This document shows, piece by piece, positions 20,283 through 33,108 of a stretch of DNA of 64,000 nt. The stretch is from assembly GCA_001949185.1 (NCBI GenBank), contig BDGG01000004.1, positions 893,620 through 957,619 on the forward strand, in the 5' to 3' direction. The notes beneath the pieces were generated by a model. It did no database searches and was not told where the DNA came from. It saw only the letters and a program-made list of their open reading frames with translations. The translations under genes and the position numbers were made by a program. How positions within the stretch are numbered: position 1 is the stretch's first letter; each line of letters starts with the position of its first letter. This stretch comes from Ramazzottius varieornatus (taxonomy: Eukaryota > Animalia > Tardigrada).

Positions 20283-23077
20283 ATGGTTAGTCCAAGGACG
20301 GACTTCCTGATCTACATTGGATACCTGATTGCATGGAGATACTCGAGAGCCTTCGGAGCTGCTGTTAGCGGCCATGTCGATGTGAGTGGATTATCAGTTA
20401 CTTTTTCTTCATTTATTTTGTGGTTAGGTGAAATTTCGGAAGCCATTTTTGCAAATCATGTAATTTAAAACTTGACCAATAAATGCAGTCGAATTGCAGG
20501 AAGTAATGATTAGAGCATGGACATTGGGCGTGTTGCACCAAATGACGCATGCGGGGCTTGTGAGGCCATTATCTTTGTTATGGCCAAATCAAGTTCTCAC
20601 CCTGTGCTTTTACCTTGACCATGAATGAGCGGAAGCTGCCTCACTAACTACAGTATATCCGATGAATCACGTCTCATAGCCTCGCATTCGTCAAACCCAT
20701 AAAGAAATTTCCTACTTCAAAAGCAGGCCACAGATTTATTTTTGGATGACTTTTACATCACCGAAATTGATTGACCGTGGTGTTTCTAGGTGGCTGCATA
20801 TCTGCAACGCTTCGGCTACCTACCAACACCCAACCCGGAAACCGGCACGCTGATCACCCACGAGCACTTCACCGAAGCCGTCAAAACATTCCAGAACTTT
20901 GCGAACTTGCCTATCACCGGTACAAACATTTTTGTCATCTAATTTTATCGGTGACTGACCAGAAGCAGAGACCGATTATGATCGAATCTTTGCTCGCGTA
21001 GGTGTGTTAGATGACCAGACGAAGGAGATGATGACGGCACCTCGCTGTGGTGTGGCCGACGTGGTCGAAGGCGAGGTGGCCGAGCCCGGTGGTCAAACTC
21101 ACAAGCGACGGAAACGATTCGTCTTGCAAGGCAGCAAGTGGAAATTGAAGGACTTGACATGGTCCGTTTCTCAAATGACGAACCAGCTGTCGCGAGATGT
21201 GGTCGAGACCCAGATTGCGCGGGCTTGGAAGGTTTCTCATTGGCCTCTTTCAGTTTTTCTATAGCGCTACCGAAAACTGTAGGACGAGAAGTGAACTTTA
21301 TTTCGGTTGTAGATTTGGTCGGACAAGTCGGACCTTCGCTTCACGAAGACGAATGGCGGCAACGTTCACATTGACATTCGCTTCGCCCGATACGACCATG
21401 GTGACGGCGATCCTTTCGACGGAGCCGGCAAGACGCTGGCGCATGCTTTCTTCCCGCAGTATGGAGGTGATGCTCATTTCGATGACTCAGAATCCTGGAC
21501 TACCGGTCGATATGGTTAGTCACATAATCACAACTAGGATTCCTTTTTCCGGTCCTTTCGCTTTACTCGAGCCAGGGTACTCATTGTTCATCAAACGTTC
21601 TTCAGGAACCAACTTGCTGCAAGTCGCCGCTCACGAATTTGGCCATTCCCTTGGCTTGTCCCATTCCAACGTGCGTACTTCCATGATGGCCCCTTTCTAC
21701 CGCGGATACGACGAGAACCCGCAACTAGACGTTGACGATATCCGAGCTATCCAGGAATTGTATGGTCCACCGACATATCGAGCTGGTCTCTCGGCAGCCG
21801 GCGCCACCGTCGACAAGCCTGCGTCGACCACCTCGACCCGTCGTCGGACCTTCACAGGCCGCCCATCCATCTTCGACGAGAGGAAGCCGAACATTTGCGA
21901 GAATGCTATCATCGATGCGATGACCACGACCAACGACGGCCATACCTACGCTTTTAAGGGCGAATGGTACTACCAGCTGAACGACTACGGTGTGGAAGCA
22001 GGGTACCCAAGGAAGATCTCAAAGGACTGGGATGGTCTGCCGGACAACATTGACGCGGCGCTCACTTGGGCCGATGGCAAAACTTTCTTCTTCAAGGTAG
22101 GGCACACTTACCTAGTAGACAAAATAGCTCAGAGGGAAGTATACTCTGCAAGGGCGTGCTAGAAGGGTTCTCTTATTCGAAATACTGAGGAAAGTTACTT
22201 AGAGCTCCACAGTTACGAATTATCGTAGGAGAACAGCGAGTATTTGGCACTGGAACGAGTTCCCGTCAGAAGTTTGAAACACAAGAGAAAAAGTGATAAA
22301 AGCTTGCAAAGCGAAAGGAATTACAAATTTTCATTGTGAAGTTTTTGATAATTGCAAAATGATTCGCGTTATTTGTCAGCCCAGTGTTTCATCTTCCTGT
22401 TTCTTTAGGGTGACAAATACTGGAGGTATCTGGACAAGAAGCCGCTACCCGGTTATCCCAAACTGATTTCGAAAGGTTTTGCCGGTATCCCCAACAACCT
22501 GGACGCAGTCTTCAGCTGGTCAGGTAACGGCAAAACCTACTTCATCAAGGGAACCCAATATTGGCGCTACGACAGCCAAGCCGAGGTCCCCGTCTCCGAC
22601 GACTACCCCAGGTCGATCACCACCTGGGAAGGTCTGCCCGGCCACATCGATGCCGCTTTCCAGTGGAAGAATGGCAAGACCTTCTTCTTCTCCGGCCAAG
22701 AGTACTACCGCTTCAACGACCAGCGCTTCGCTGTTGAGACGGACTACCCGCGACCCACGGCGGTATGGTGGTTCGGTTGTGGCCATGATAGCAAGAAGGA
22801 CTTCGTCGCTGCTGGTGTCAATGTGATCAACCGGAACGATGTCCAGTCGGACTGGCCGAAAAGGTTCCCGCTGTTTGACGGCCAGCAGAAAGAGATTGTG
22901 AAAGATGTGCCCCCGACTGAGACCGTCGTCGCGATCTTTCATGAAGATAGGGTTAGCAATAAGGAGTCGAGAATATTCCCTCCACAAATTGGCCACCTGA
23001 ACTCTGCCTCAACCAGTTCCTATCCAGGTTTTTGTACTCTGACATTCACCGTTTTCTTTCTGTTCAAACTTTGGTGA
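20283..23077 (+). CDS. Matrix metalloproteinase (Mmp1-like), furin-activatable, likely GPI-anchored
   Basis: Signal peptide, YLQRFGYL, cysteine switch PRCGVAD, furin site RRKR, LAHAFFP, zinc motif HEFGHSLGLSH, Met-turn (SMMAPFY), four hemopexin blades ending WWFGC, and a hydrophobic C-terminus (SASTSSYPGFCTLTFTVFFLFKLW*). Confidence 0.93.
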
Positions 23078-23984
23078 GCGGATGTAAGAGTCTAATAGAA
23101 AGATTTGATATTTTCTATTGAGCTCGAAGTTTATGATTTTATTGTCCGATCTCAAGTACCCTTACATTTTCCCACACGTTCCTTCGTGCAATCGTGGTCC
23201 CTTTTGTTACCTTTCATGATTAATAATTTTGTTGATTGTTACGAGCTGGTTGCTTTTGTAGTGTGCTGCAGAAATCCAGCAACGAAACTACAGTCTTACT
23301 TCCCGGTAACCGATTTACAGTACACAGCCCCGAGGCTTTTTGGTAAAACCCGCGCGAATTCTGTTTGTTCTAATCCGACGTAAACAACATTTTAGACTTG
23401 CTGTTTTGCAAATTACGTAACAAGTGTTGTATGCGGGGTGTCTTCTTTGCTCTGTTGGCGATCTAGAGGGTACGGGCTCGAAGAACTGCGAGCGCGATAT
23501 CCACCGGAGCTCGAACGGCATCTAAGTTAAGTGGGTCTTGCAGCTCCAGCCAGTCGATAATTGCCTGTGCGACTGACATAATGTTGTACTCCGTTTCAAC
23601 GGTGTTTTTAAACATGAGCCTTGTTGCTTTCCTTAGTGTACCGATATCGATTTGATGGTTGTGCGGCTTGTAAGAGGGACTATGCGTATGCGGGGTTTTC
23701 CACGCACAAGCCGCATGTGCTCCTCGTTGTTTGTCCCGCATAAGGCAGGCCTGGAGGGGAATGCCATAAATCCGGTTTTGAGCTGGCTAAAGCCTCTTGT
23801 CAAAGCTTCATATCGACAGCCTTTTCGACTTTGAACCAAGCTGCATTAGTGGGAGAAAATACTTTACGACCACGTAGTACTTGCTCGTTTCATTTCGCTT
23901 CATTTCGCCGAAGCTGTGCTTTACTATTTTCCAGTTCGCTGACTTTGCAGGTTTTTTTAGAATCCTCCGTATCCACAACTCAAA

Positions 23985-25113
23985 ATGGCTAACCGAGAAT
24001 GGGAGAAGGCAAAGACGGATGCCAGCAACGCTGCGTCGCATGCTTATGATGCTGCTGCCTACAAAGTTAGTGATGCCACCTTCAGCGCGCAACATGGCGC
24101 AGCCAGGGCCCAAGACCTCGTCAACCAGGTTGGACGCGAAGTAGGAAATACCGCAAGTAAGTCCGCATAAATGTACCGGAAAGAATCAATGTTTTTTTGG
24201 ACCTCGATGCATTTTGAATGTATACCTGACACTCACTGGTCACTGTCCGATTTCACTATAAGCTCTTCACACGAACAGGAAAAGTAAAAATAATAAAATC
24301 AGTTTTCGCTGTAGCGGATTTGAGAAGCCTGCGGATATTATAAACGATTGCAATCTTTTGGTTTACTTATTAGGCAATGTCTGGGAAAACACAAAGGACA
24401 CAGCCCGCGACGTCAGCTACCAAGCCGGTCAAAAATGGGACGACGTCAAGCATGATGCCAACCGCGCCGCTTCCGATGTCAGCTATCAAGCTGGACAAAA
24501 GTGGGATGAGGTAAAACACGATGCTAGCCGCACTGCTCACCAAGCCGTTCGTGCCACGAACCAAGCCTGGGAAGACACCAAGGACAACGTTGACTGGCAA
24601 ACCAAGAGCGATGCACAGTCCGGCATCAACACTGCCCGTCAGTATACCGACAGTGCCGCCACCAATGTCCAGCACGGTTTGGACAAGGCCGAGGCCCACG
24701 TTCACGACAGTAAATCAGTCGTGGAACAAGTCAAGGAAGGAGCTGCCAGCGTTGCCGCAACCGTGGGACCAGCGATCAGCAGCGCTGCTGCCACCGTCGC
24801 ACCCTACGTCAACCAGGCTGCAAGTGCCGTCGGTACTGGTTTGGTGATGGCCGCTGAAGGAGCTGCACATCTGGCCACCGCTGCCTACGAGAAGGTCTCC
24901 AGCGCTGTCGACTCGGCCATCCATCCTGCGCCAACTGCCGGAGTGACCGCGACCACGACCACTGGCGATGCTTATGTGGGTGCTCGTGTCGATACTGGAG
25001 CCCACTCGGGCAGCGGCGTCAGCGCTCATGCCGGTACTGGAGGACACTCGACCGGCAAATATGTCAGCGAGGAGACCACCGTTATCAAGAAGATCGACAC
25101 TAGCCGTCATTAA
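23985..25113 (+). CDS. LEA group 3-like hydrophilic/amphipathic repeat protein (2 exons: 23985-24156, 24374-25113)
   Basis: Ala/Asp/Lys/Gln/Thr-rich, no Cys. Has a 22-aa (2x11) tandem repeat DVSYQAGQKWD[D/E]VKHDA[N/S]R..., with W-E/D-x-x-K-x-D(A) units recurring. Canonical GTAAGT/TAG splice sites join the exons in frame. Confidence 0.65.
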
Positions 25114-25782
25114 GCGTCAAGGACTTTCGTTCAAGAACCATAGTGTTCTAGTAAAACTCTTCTTGACGGATCAGAGAATTTGTATTTGGTCGGAGAACGG
25201 CGTAAACTGTAGTGTAATACACTGTCTGTTTCATCGCTGTATTTGTAAAATTTTCGCATCGAACGCTTTAAGCTGTTGCAATCTCGCAGCACATTCCACA
25301 TCCACCAACCTCCACAAAAAAAAGTAAAAGTCATCTGGGTGAGCTGTAACTTCGACACTATGGGCCTTTAATACTTCCTCGTTCTAAGCGATTCCGCCTA
25401 TTCTTATCCGGGACCAGATCTCGAAAACTCTTTCCGCGTTTGCGAGCCGGAAAGTCGAACTTCCGTCCGTTCTTTCTTTTACTTTCAGCAGTCCGCTTAG
25501 GACTTTGCAGACAGTGAGTTTTTGGGTTTTACTAGTTTCAGGCTACAGGCGACAGCCTATCTCTGCATACAGTGTACGACAAAACTAACCGTTAAAAATG
25601 GGCGTAACGCTCCAGCTGAGCTTGCGACTCAGTCGATGAAAGTTAAGTTTTGCTGCTTGCGCAAATTTCATTGGCTTTAACCATCTGGCTCCATACACCC
25701 ATTTTTTACGGTTTATTTTGTCCTGCACTGTACACGGCCCCAGTACTAACTTGAGCGCGCAACGCAGTCGGGAACTATGGTG

Positions 25783-25832
25783 NNNNNNNNNNNNNNNNNN
25801 NNNNNNNNNNNNNNNNNNNNNNNNNNNNNNNN
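25783..25832. other. Assembly gap (50 N)
   Basis: Run of 50 N. Confidence 0.99.
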
Positions 25833-26382
25833 CACCACAAAGAACGGACCACTTAGTGCAGAGCGTAGGCAGAGCGTATATTCGTGCCCCGATATTCCTA
25901 CTATGTCAGTTTCTTTGGAACATTCGATAGTCCGTTATCAGCCCCAGGAGGTGAACTTCCTGGACCGGACGCGAATCATTTTGCGATTTTCATGGGCGCA
26001 CAGTTCATGCGCCCATGAGAATCAATGGGACCTTTGCTGGCCATATGTGCACTATATCTGGGCATTTATCTGCCCCCTAGTGTCACTTTTCTTCCTCTAC
26101 AAGAAAGTCAGATACCTAACCGTTCCATAAAGTAGTTTCCGGTTTTTCATCAGAGGTTTCTGAAGCACGCGGATCTTGAAGCAATGTGGTAGAACAGAAG
26201 GCACCTGGCGGTCAGGTTACACTTTTGATATGGATATATACGGGTGTCAGGTATGGCAAACGGCATGGTCAGTTCCCGCGTGCTGTACTCTCGTTGCAGA
26301 CGCACAGGGTGGCCCACCATAACCATAGCATAAAAGGGATAGATATTACATAACAACGACATAACACATAACACATGATAAA

Positions 26383-26910
26383 TAAGCTCTGTTCATCTAC
26401 CGATGGGTGGTACTTTTAGCCTCCTGGCCAACCCATCCAACATTTTTTATATCAAAAGTGTAACCAGGGTGGTCAGCACGCGGCAGACCGGCCAATCAAC
26501 GTTCAGCTGTCAATCAGGAAACAGATTNNNNNNNNNNNNNNNNNNNNNNNNNNNNNNNNNNNNNNNNNNNNNNNNNNTGACACGCTGGGCTGACCGTGTG
26601 TGATACTGCACATTCATGCTCGACTGATTGACAGCGACTCTTGATTGGCCGGTCTGGCGCGTGCTGACTACCCGGACGGATACACGCGCACGACTGTGTG
26701 GTGGATCGTACATACTGAGGATCAGAGATCCTATCAGTTGATCTTCCCCCGTAGCAGGATGATCGAAAGCTGATCTTAACTTTCTAAAACGGCCAAGTTG
26801 ACTCGCCTCGCGAACTAAGAACTATGGCCGTAAAAGAATCCATAAAAAATGTTGGATGGGTTGGCCAGGAGGCTAAAAGTACCACCCATCGGTAGATGAA
26901 ACAGAGCTTA
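26383..26910. mobile_element. Foldback/MITE-like element with ~68-bp terminal inverted repeats, spanning an assembly gap
   Basis: TAAGCTCTGTTCATCTACCGATGGGTGGTACTTTTAGCCTCCTGGCCAACCCATCCAACATTTTTTAT (26383-26450) is the near-perfect reverse complement of 26842-26910. A second inner inverted pair lies at ~26460-26517 and ~26624-26685. TA at both outer ends. Confidence 0.7.
26528..26577. other. Assembly gap (50 N)
   Basis: Run of 50 N. Confidence 0.99.
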
Positions 26911-27576
26911 CGACATTCTCTATCAGCTGATCGAACTTCCAGTTTCCACGGGAGATCGATGGAAAGAGTATTCGAACTGCTCCTGTTTTTCTTTCTGTTT
27001 TCTGGAACGAGTTCCGGCCTTGGTCGTCAGCATAACTAGTCTTGTTGTCTTTGCAGGAACCCTTCAGCTTCCAGTCGTGCAAGGCCGCGTTCGGAGAATG
27101 CAACGGACCAAGTGGATAGCGATTTGCATTCCGGTTACCCATTCACGCCTATAAGTGAATTGTTCGTGGTATCGAGCTGAAGATATAGCCGGACTTCACT
27201 ACCACTGGCCAGAGCTTCGCCCAAGGATTGTCAGCCGGGCACCGACCAAATGGGCCGATGATTGATAGCCCATTGTAAACACTTTATGCTTTATCTGCTG
27301 TCTCACTAGTCTATCAGAGCAGGTACGTTCGCTGAAATCACGGCACCCTCCGTAACTCTTGTCTACAATAGTGATAACCCCCTTAGCCGACATTTCTCAG
27401 GAAACAAAGTTTACATATAAAACTGCCAGTCCTGCAGTTTTGGATTTAAAGTCGCTGCTCGGGTTTCCGAGGAGTGTATTTCGTTTCGCGAAATCGCTTG
27501 ATTGGATCACTTTGGTTGACTCATTTGCGGTTCTTCGCTGTTTTGATTGGGCTGATTGTGGTGGTCCGGTAGGAAA

Positions 27577-29424
27577 ATGCCGTGTTCTTGCAGAAGTGCG
27601 GATTTACTTTCGAACGGATCATCGCGTGCGCCTTCAACGGATGAGGACTCCTTAGACTCAAGTCCAGATTCCGGGGAAAAAAGAAAGACTCTTGAAAGGA
27701 AAGAAAGCTACAATTACTGCGAGTGCGTGTTAGAACGAGAAGAATCTGTCGCTGGACCACCAGGCTTCCAAACGCGAAAGGTTCGCGACGAGAAGATGGT
27801 GTTCGGTATCGACAAAGTCCTTTCCGGCATTGTGAAGTACCATCAGACTGTCCGAGGGGGTATGCTTGAGCAGTTCAAGCGTGTCCGCGACAATCCTGTG
27901 GTAAGGGAACACATCCTTTGAAAGTTCTTCCTGGTCCGAAGTTTGAAGCCTGATTTCAAAGGCCTGCTTTTTTCTTCCTAGCCTTCTGTCCTGATGTTCA
28001 CCTGCATGGACTCACGCATGATTCCCTCCCGCTTCACGCAGTCGGACGTTGGTGAAATGTTCATCGTCCGAAATGCTGGCGTCCTCATTCCCCATTATAA
28101 ATATTACGGCAAAGAAGCCACTATCAGTAAGTCAAGCATTCTACATATAAGAAACCTTCCCCATGAATCCACGGCATCGTTTCTTGACATATTGCAGTAC
28201 TCTGCACCACAGCTTACCTAGTTAAAGGAGCCGGTGAACAATGTGAAAGCTTGACAACTACAAATTCTGTTGATCAATGACGTCACCACACCATGTTGCG
28301 TGTAGACCGTAGATCTATCGAGTATCGCACCTGCTCAAAACTTTGCCTGAATTTTCTTTGGTTCTGGATAGATGTCAAAAATGCGAAGGAAAAAAACAAA
28401 TCTGGGGTTGAGCCACATAATTACGATGTTTTGTGTTTGCAGCAACGGAACCCGGTGCACTGGAGTTGGCCTGCGTCATCAATACCGTGCAAGATATCAT
28501 TGTGTGTGGTCATTCAGATTGCAAGGTCAGCACAGTGTACTTTCCGCTTTATTTCTGCTTTTCGTGCATTTTTATACTGTTTGATAAGTTAATCGCATGT
28601 CTCGATGTGTTGGGAGTGGTCCATCTACGTCATTTTATGGCTGAACGATCAGTTGGTGTTGCTGTAGGCCATGAACTTGCTGCAAAGTTTAAAGGCCGAA
28701 AACACTCCGGAGGACACGGACTTCGCGCATTCGCCGCTGAGGTCGTGGCTGATGCGGTATGGCGGAGATTCCTGGGTCCAGTTCGAGAAGATGTTGCAGA
28801 GCAAGAAAAACCGCCTGGTCTTCATGGAAGGCAACCACGCCTATGAGGCCGTCATTGACGCGAAAAACGAATTCAACATGGCCGACAAATTTTCGCAGGT
28901 AACGTAAGCGACCGTGGATTACTAAGTCTTAGTAAAGATCCAAACCTTGCACTGAAAGAAAATACCTAACGAGATAACTTGCCTTTCCGTCCAGAAGCTT
29001 AGGTATCGATAGAAGGGAAAAAGAAGTATTCTGCTGTTTCTCTACGAGTCTATGTTTTTGCGTCTCAAGCCCGGCAAAAAATATTGGGTATTTTCGTAGA
29101 AAAAGGACAAAAGCGCCCAACGACCATACTTTGTAACTCATTAGGATTGCTTGTTTTAACGGTTTTGTTTCTCAGGTGTCGACGTTGCACCAACTGGAAA
29201 ATATCACCTCATACCCGTTCATGCAACGTTTGGTGGACAGTGGGCTGGTGCGTCTGCACGCCATGTGGTTTGACATCTATACCGGAAGCATCTTCTACTT
29301 CAACAAGCCACACAAGACCTTCATTGAGATCACCGAGAAGAACTGGGATGAATTCCTGAATGAGAAGGACCGCGAAGCTCTCAAGAAGCAACAGATCTTC
29401 GGACTGCGCAATCTTGTAATATAA
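27577..29424 (+). CDS. Beta-class carbonic anhydrase (5 exons); alternative start at 27796
   Basis: Zinc-ligand motifs FTCMDSR (CxDxR) and VCGHSDCK (HxxC), plus GEMFIVRNAG, EPGALELAC, TLHQLENITSYPF and LHAMWFDIYTG, typical of invertebrate beta-CAs. Confidence 0.92.
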
Positions 29425-32400
29425 ACTTCTTTTTCAGACTTTATCTCAAATTTTTCTTCTTTGAAATGTGCCTTGCCGGTATTTAAACACTGCTATTTTT
29501 TGCTCTTATCCAGAGAGACATTTATCCACTTTTGCGGCAGTATATGCTGCCACCTTTTATCCTTTGGTGTCTACTTGTGAGGTTGTACCTTTGGTTCCAT
29601 ACCGGCTTGTATTGAATGGTTCCTGACGTGCTACGAGATCTTACTGTAGGTCGCCCTTTGCCTAAGATTCCGTGCCACAGAAAATCTGTATTTTTGATAA
29701 AGTAGTGGTAAGTTTCCAGCTGTGCCTTCTTGCTTTGCGAGTCGGAAGAGATACTTTCTCTGGACTTTTCGGTAACCTACAAGCTTTGCTATGATGTTTT
29801 GAGCTTCCAGTTATCGACCATTGTTGCCTACTTCGGCTTTCCAAAAGAACAAACTTTGAGATTAAAATTTTGTACTAACCCGCTGCTTCGCGTTCTCGTG
29901 TGTGATCATCTTCCCAGCTGTACACGTCTGACGCTAACTGAACCTAACTCGGTAAGCAATAATGCTGCATGACGTCAAGTTACATAACCATTATCCAAGG
30001 CGGAGATTGCATTGTACTGTAAGAGCCGCGCTGCGTAGGTAAAGAGGGCCAAATGATCCATAGTGAGCCTCTTTCCTCTTCCTTTTTTGTTGAAGTATTG
30101 TAGGACATCAAGCAGAAGCTTGCCACAACGGTTGCGTCTGCATAACAGAGTACTATGTTGTTGATTCGGTCGATTGGGTGGCTTGTCGGGCTCTTCCTCC
30201 CTATTCCTTTGCGTTCGGATTCCGCGTTGTCGAGCTGGTGCGCGCAGCACGTCGAAGCCTCATCGCATCGATCGACCGTTTTTGCAACTTCCTCCTTCTC
30301 CCCCTTTTCACCGTCCCGGAGTATAAGTCCATCAAAAGGAAGCTACAGTATTGGAAAATCTGCCGTACACGGACACAAAAACGAAAGAGCTAAACATAGT
30401 AGATGATATGATGGTGCAAGGTTAACGTGGTGCCTAATGGAAAGTGTCGCCAGCGGTAATAAATTCCTCATTCCCTTGTCACCCAACTTCTTCCCCCTTT
30501 TTCCTTCTCCATCTTTCGAAGATACAGTAGATTAAACATAAACCGTAAATTTCATCAAGTTTCCGACTGTTCTTTCGACGGCGATTCATCGGTTTTGGTG
30601 AAGTTTTTGGTGGTGACGTCACGGCCGCACGGAACAATCTGGATGGCTCTCTGACGGAAAGGAAAGTGTATGCCACATCCTTAATTTCATTGCAGATTGG
30701 TGTATCCAGTTATTACTTCACTCAACATTGTAACTATTCCGTGTTTGTCTGCCACTAATTGAGACAGGTGACAGTTTATAATCGCCGTCACGCAAAGGAG
30801 GAAACATCATCGTTTGGCTTCTCCGTCATTCCACTTGAAGTTGTTTATCATTCTGATTCCCTACCTGTCGCACTCGTCTGGATAAAGTTCTTCTTCTTAT
30901 GGGATTGCTCCAAGTAAGTTCATTAGAAATCTGTCCGGAATCTGGAGCTCAATGAGAAGTGCCAACCATAGGAAACAGCTGCCCTTTACGACGTTACCCT
31001 TTTCGCGGCGACCGTCAAATTTCAATCGTATTACAAAGGCGGAAGTCCAGATGATTTACTGTCATCGGATAGACTTCATATGTTCAATTATTTTTCGCGG
31101 TTTGGCCCTCGTTGGATTTTGTCTCAACGAGATCGGGATACCGACCACGGCGGACAGGGAAGCTCTGCATGCGAAAAACAGTATACACTGTGCCGTGTTG
31201 TCGAAGGTCTTCCGCAGTCTGAACCAAAATTACTTGAAATTGTGCCGGTTCCCCGGTACTCTCAGTCCTGAGGAAGTCTAGACTTCGGTCAGCTATTTGT
31301 GGATATTTAGCAAGTGTGGGACCTTCGGCTGTGTGCAATCGAAGTTTGTTTTCTAAATAAACAACACCAGTCACGCCGGGCAGCCCTTCCACTGATTTTT
31401 CGAATATTTAGATTATGAGCTAGTCTGGGATGGGTTTCGAGTTCTTGACGAAAAGATACTGTAGGTTGTTGTTCGACGTTCGTTAATTCTTACGTCACAG
31501 ATGAATGTGCCTGAAGGAACACAGTTAGTCGATAGGGATAAGTTTAGTTTGCCAGTGGGAAGAACCCGAAAGATGCACTCTGCTTGGGAGTGTCGTGCAC
31601 TGAACACGCATGCAAGCCGTCATCCTTTAAAGTCCTTGTGGGGGTAGAGGATAACGCTCGACTCGAGGTCGATGTTGAGGGTATCTAGTCAACGCTCGTG
31701 TCATCGGCACGATCTCGCGATTCGCTTGAAAGACTAAACAATGCCTCTGCCAGTTACCCTTGTGTAAACAAGCAGTTCTTTTCATGGCGAACCAAGAGAA
31801 TGCAAATGGCTGAAAAGGGCACTCAAATCTCCGACGTGAAATAACTTCCGCCATCTGCTAAACTCATTGCCACCTTCCACATGATACATAGGGATTCAAT
31901 AAGTTTTAAAGCTGCGTTGACCTGAAATTTATTGTCGTTCGATCTCCGCAACTTTCTGCATAAAATTAGAGCAACTTATGGGCAACACGGCAAAATTAGA
32001 GCCTAGGTTGGAAAGTCATTCGTTACAATGTATAGGGAGGTTTCTGGAGTATCTCGTACTCAATGTTCTGGAGGAAGTCATATAGTCACTTCCTGGTTGC
32101 GCTTTTACGTTCGAATTCACCACTGGATGAAAGAAGAGCGTCGGGTAACTACTATGTAGTTTGACCAGAAGGAAGTCAAGTCTGACTGCTGTGCGTGTCA
32201 AGACTCGAGAAAATTTTCAATTTTTACAAAATAAACGTGCGCAAGTGGAACGGAGTCGATTTATGTAGTACGCTACCGGATCACCTAGCAGGTTTTCAAA
32301 ACTTTTCTGTTTTCTCCACCGCGTTTCTATTTCTGATAAAGTTAGCTTTTACTCTGTATTCCCTTTACACTCTCGTTGCGCTCTATCGAAGCGCTGAAAA

Positions 32401-33108
32401 ATCTTCTATTCCACATATCCAAAAACTGCATTTTCACCATCGGCGCGGATAACGTAAGAATACCATCACAAAATATACGAATTTACGAAGAAAATCGTGA
32501 ATCAATTTTTTACATCTTTTCGAAAAATCATTTCTGTTCTGTGCGAGTACCAGGTACCTTATCTCTAGAGGATGGTGGCTAGATGAGATCGGCTATCTTC
32601 TAAACGCGTGTTTTGGAAAATAGCACCTTCAGGTGATTTTAGCTTTGAAAATTATTGAACCTCTGACGTACGAAACATCCTCCACCTAATTTGCGTTTCA
32701 GTGAAACGGTGGTAAATGAATCTATAAACACATTGTTTTCCCAAGTGGCGCACTTTCTTAGCCATTCACATCGTCAGCTTGCGGCTATTGAGATAAAGGT
32801 TCGGGTGAAATCATTTGCCGACGTTCCAAATTGAGGATCAGTTGCGATTACTTTGTAACAGCTACTTTTCAGTATATCATACGATTGACGTGTTCAAGCA
32901 TGGTATCTTCGTTTGCATAATTGAGGTGTGAAGACAGGGTGGGGCCGTGTTTTCTGGAGCGGAATAACGCACCAATCCAAGTTTTCTGGTGTGGACGAAA
33001 CGATCGACGTCGGCGGATCTGATCGATTGGGCGTGAATTTTGAATTAGCGCAGTCAGCGTGGGCTGAATCTAAACGTACTTACCGTGCGCAACATCAACT
33101 GAAGCAAG

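Noticed and set aside
24370-25110. Long antisense and alternative-frame ORFs over the LEA-like gene (similar ones over MMP, AHCY and crumbs)
   Set aside because: Shadow ORFs caused by codon bias of the real coding strand.
29500-33000. Many short ORFs in the beta-CA to SNAP-25 intergenic region, including two loosely similar segments at ~31240 and ~32540
   Set aside because: No coherent exon chain or domain; the similarity is too degenerate to define an element.
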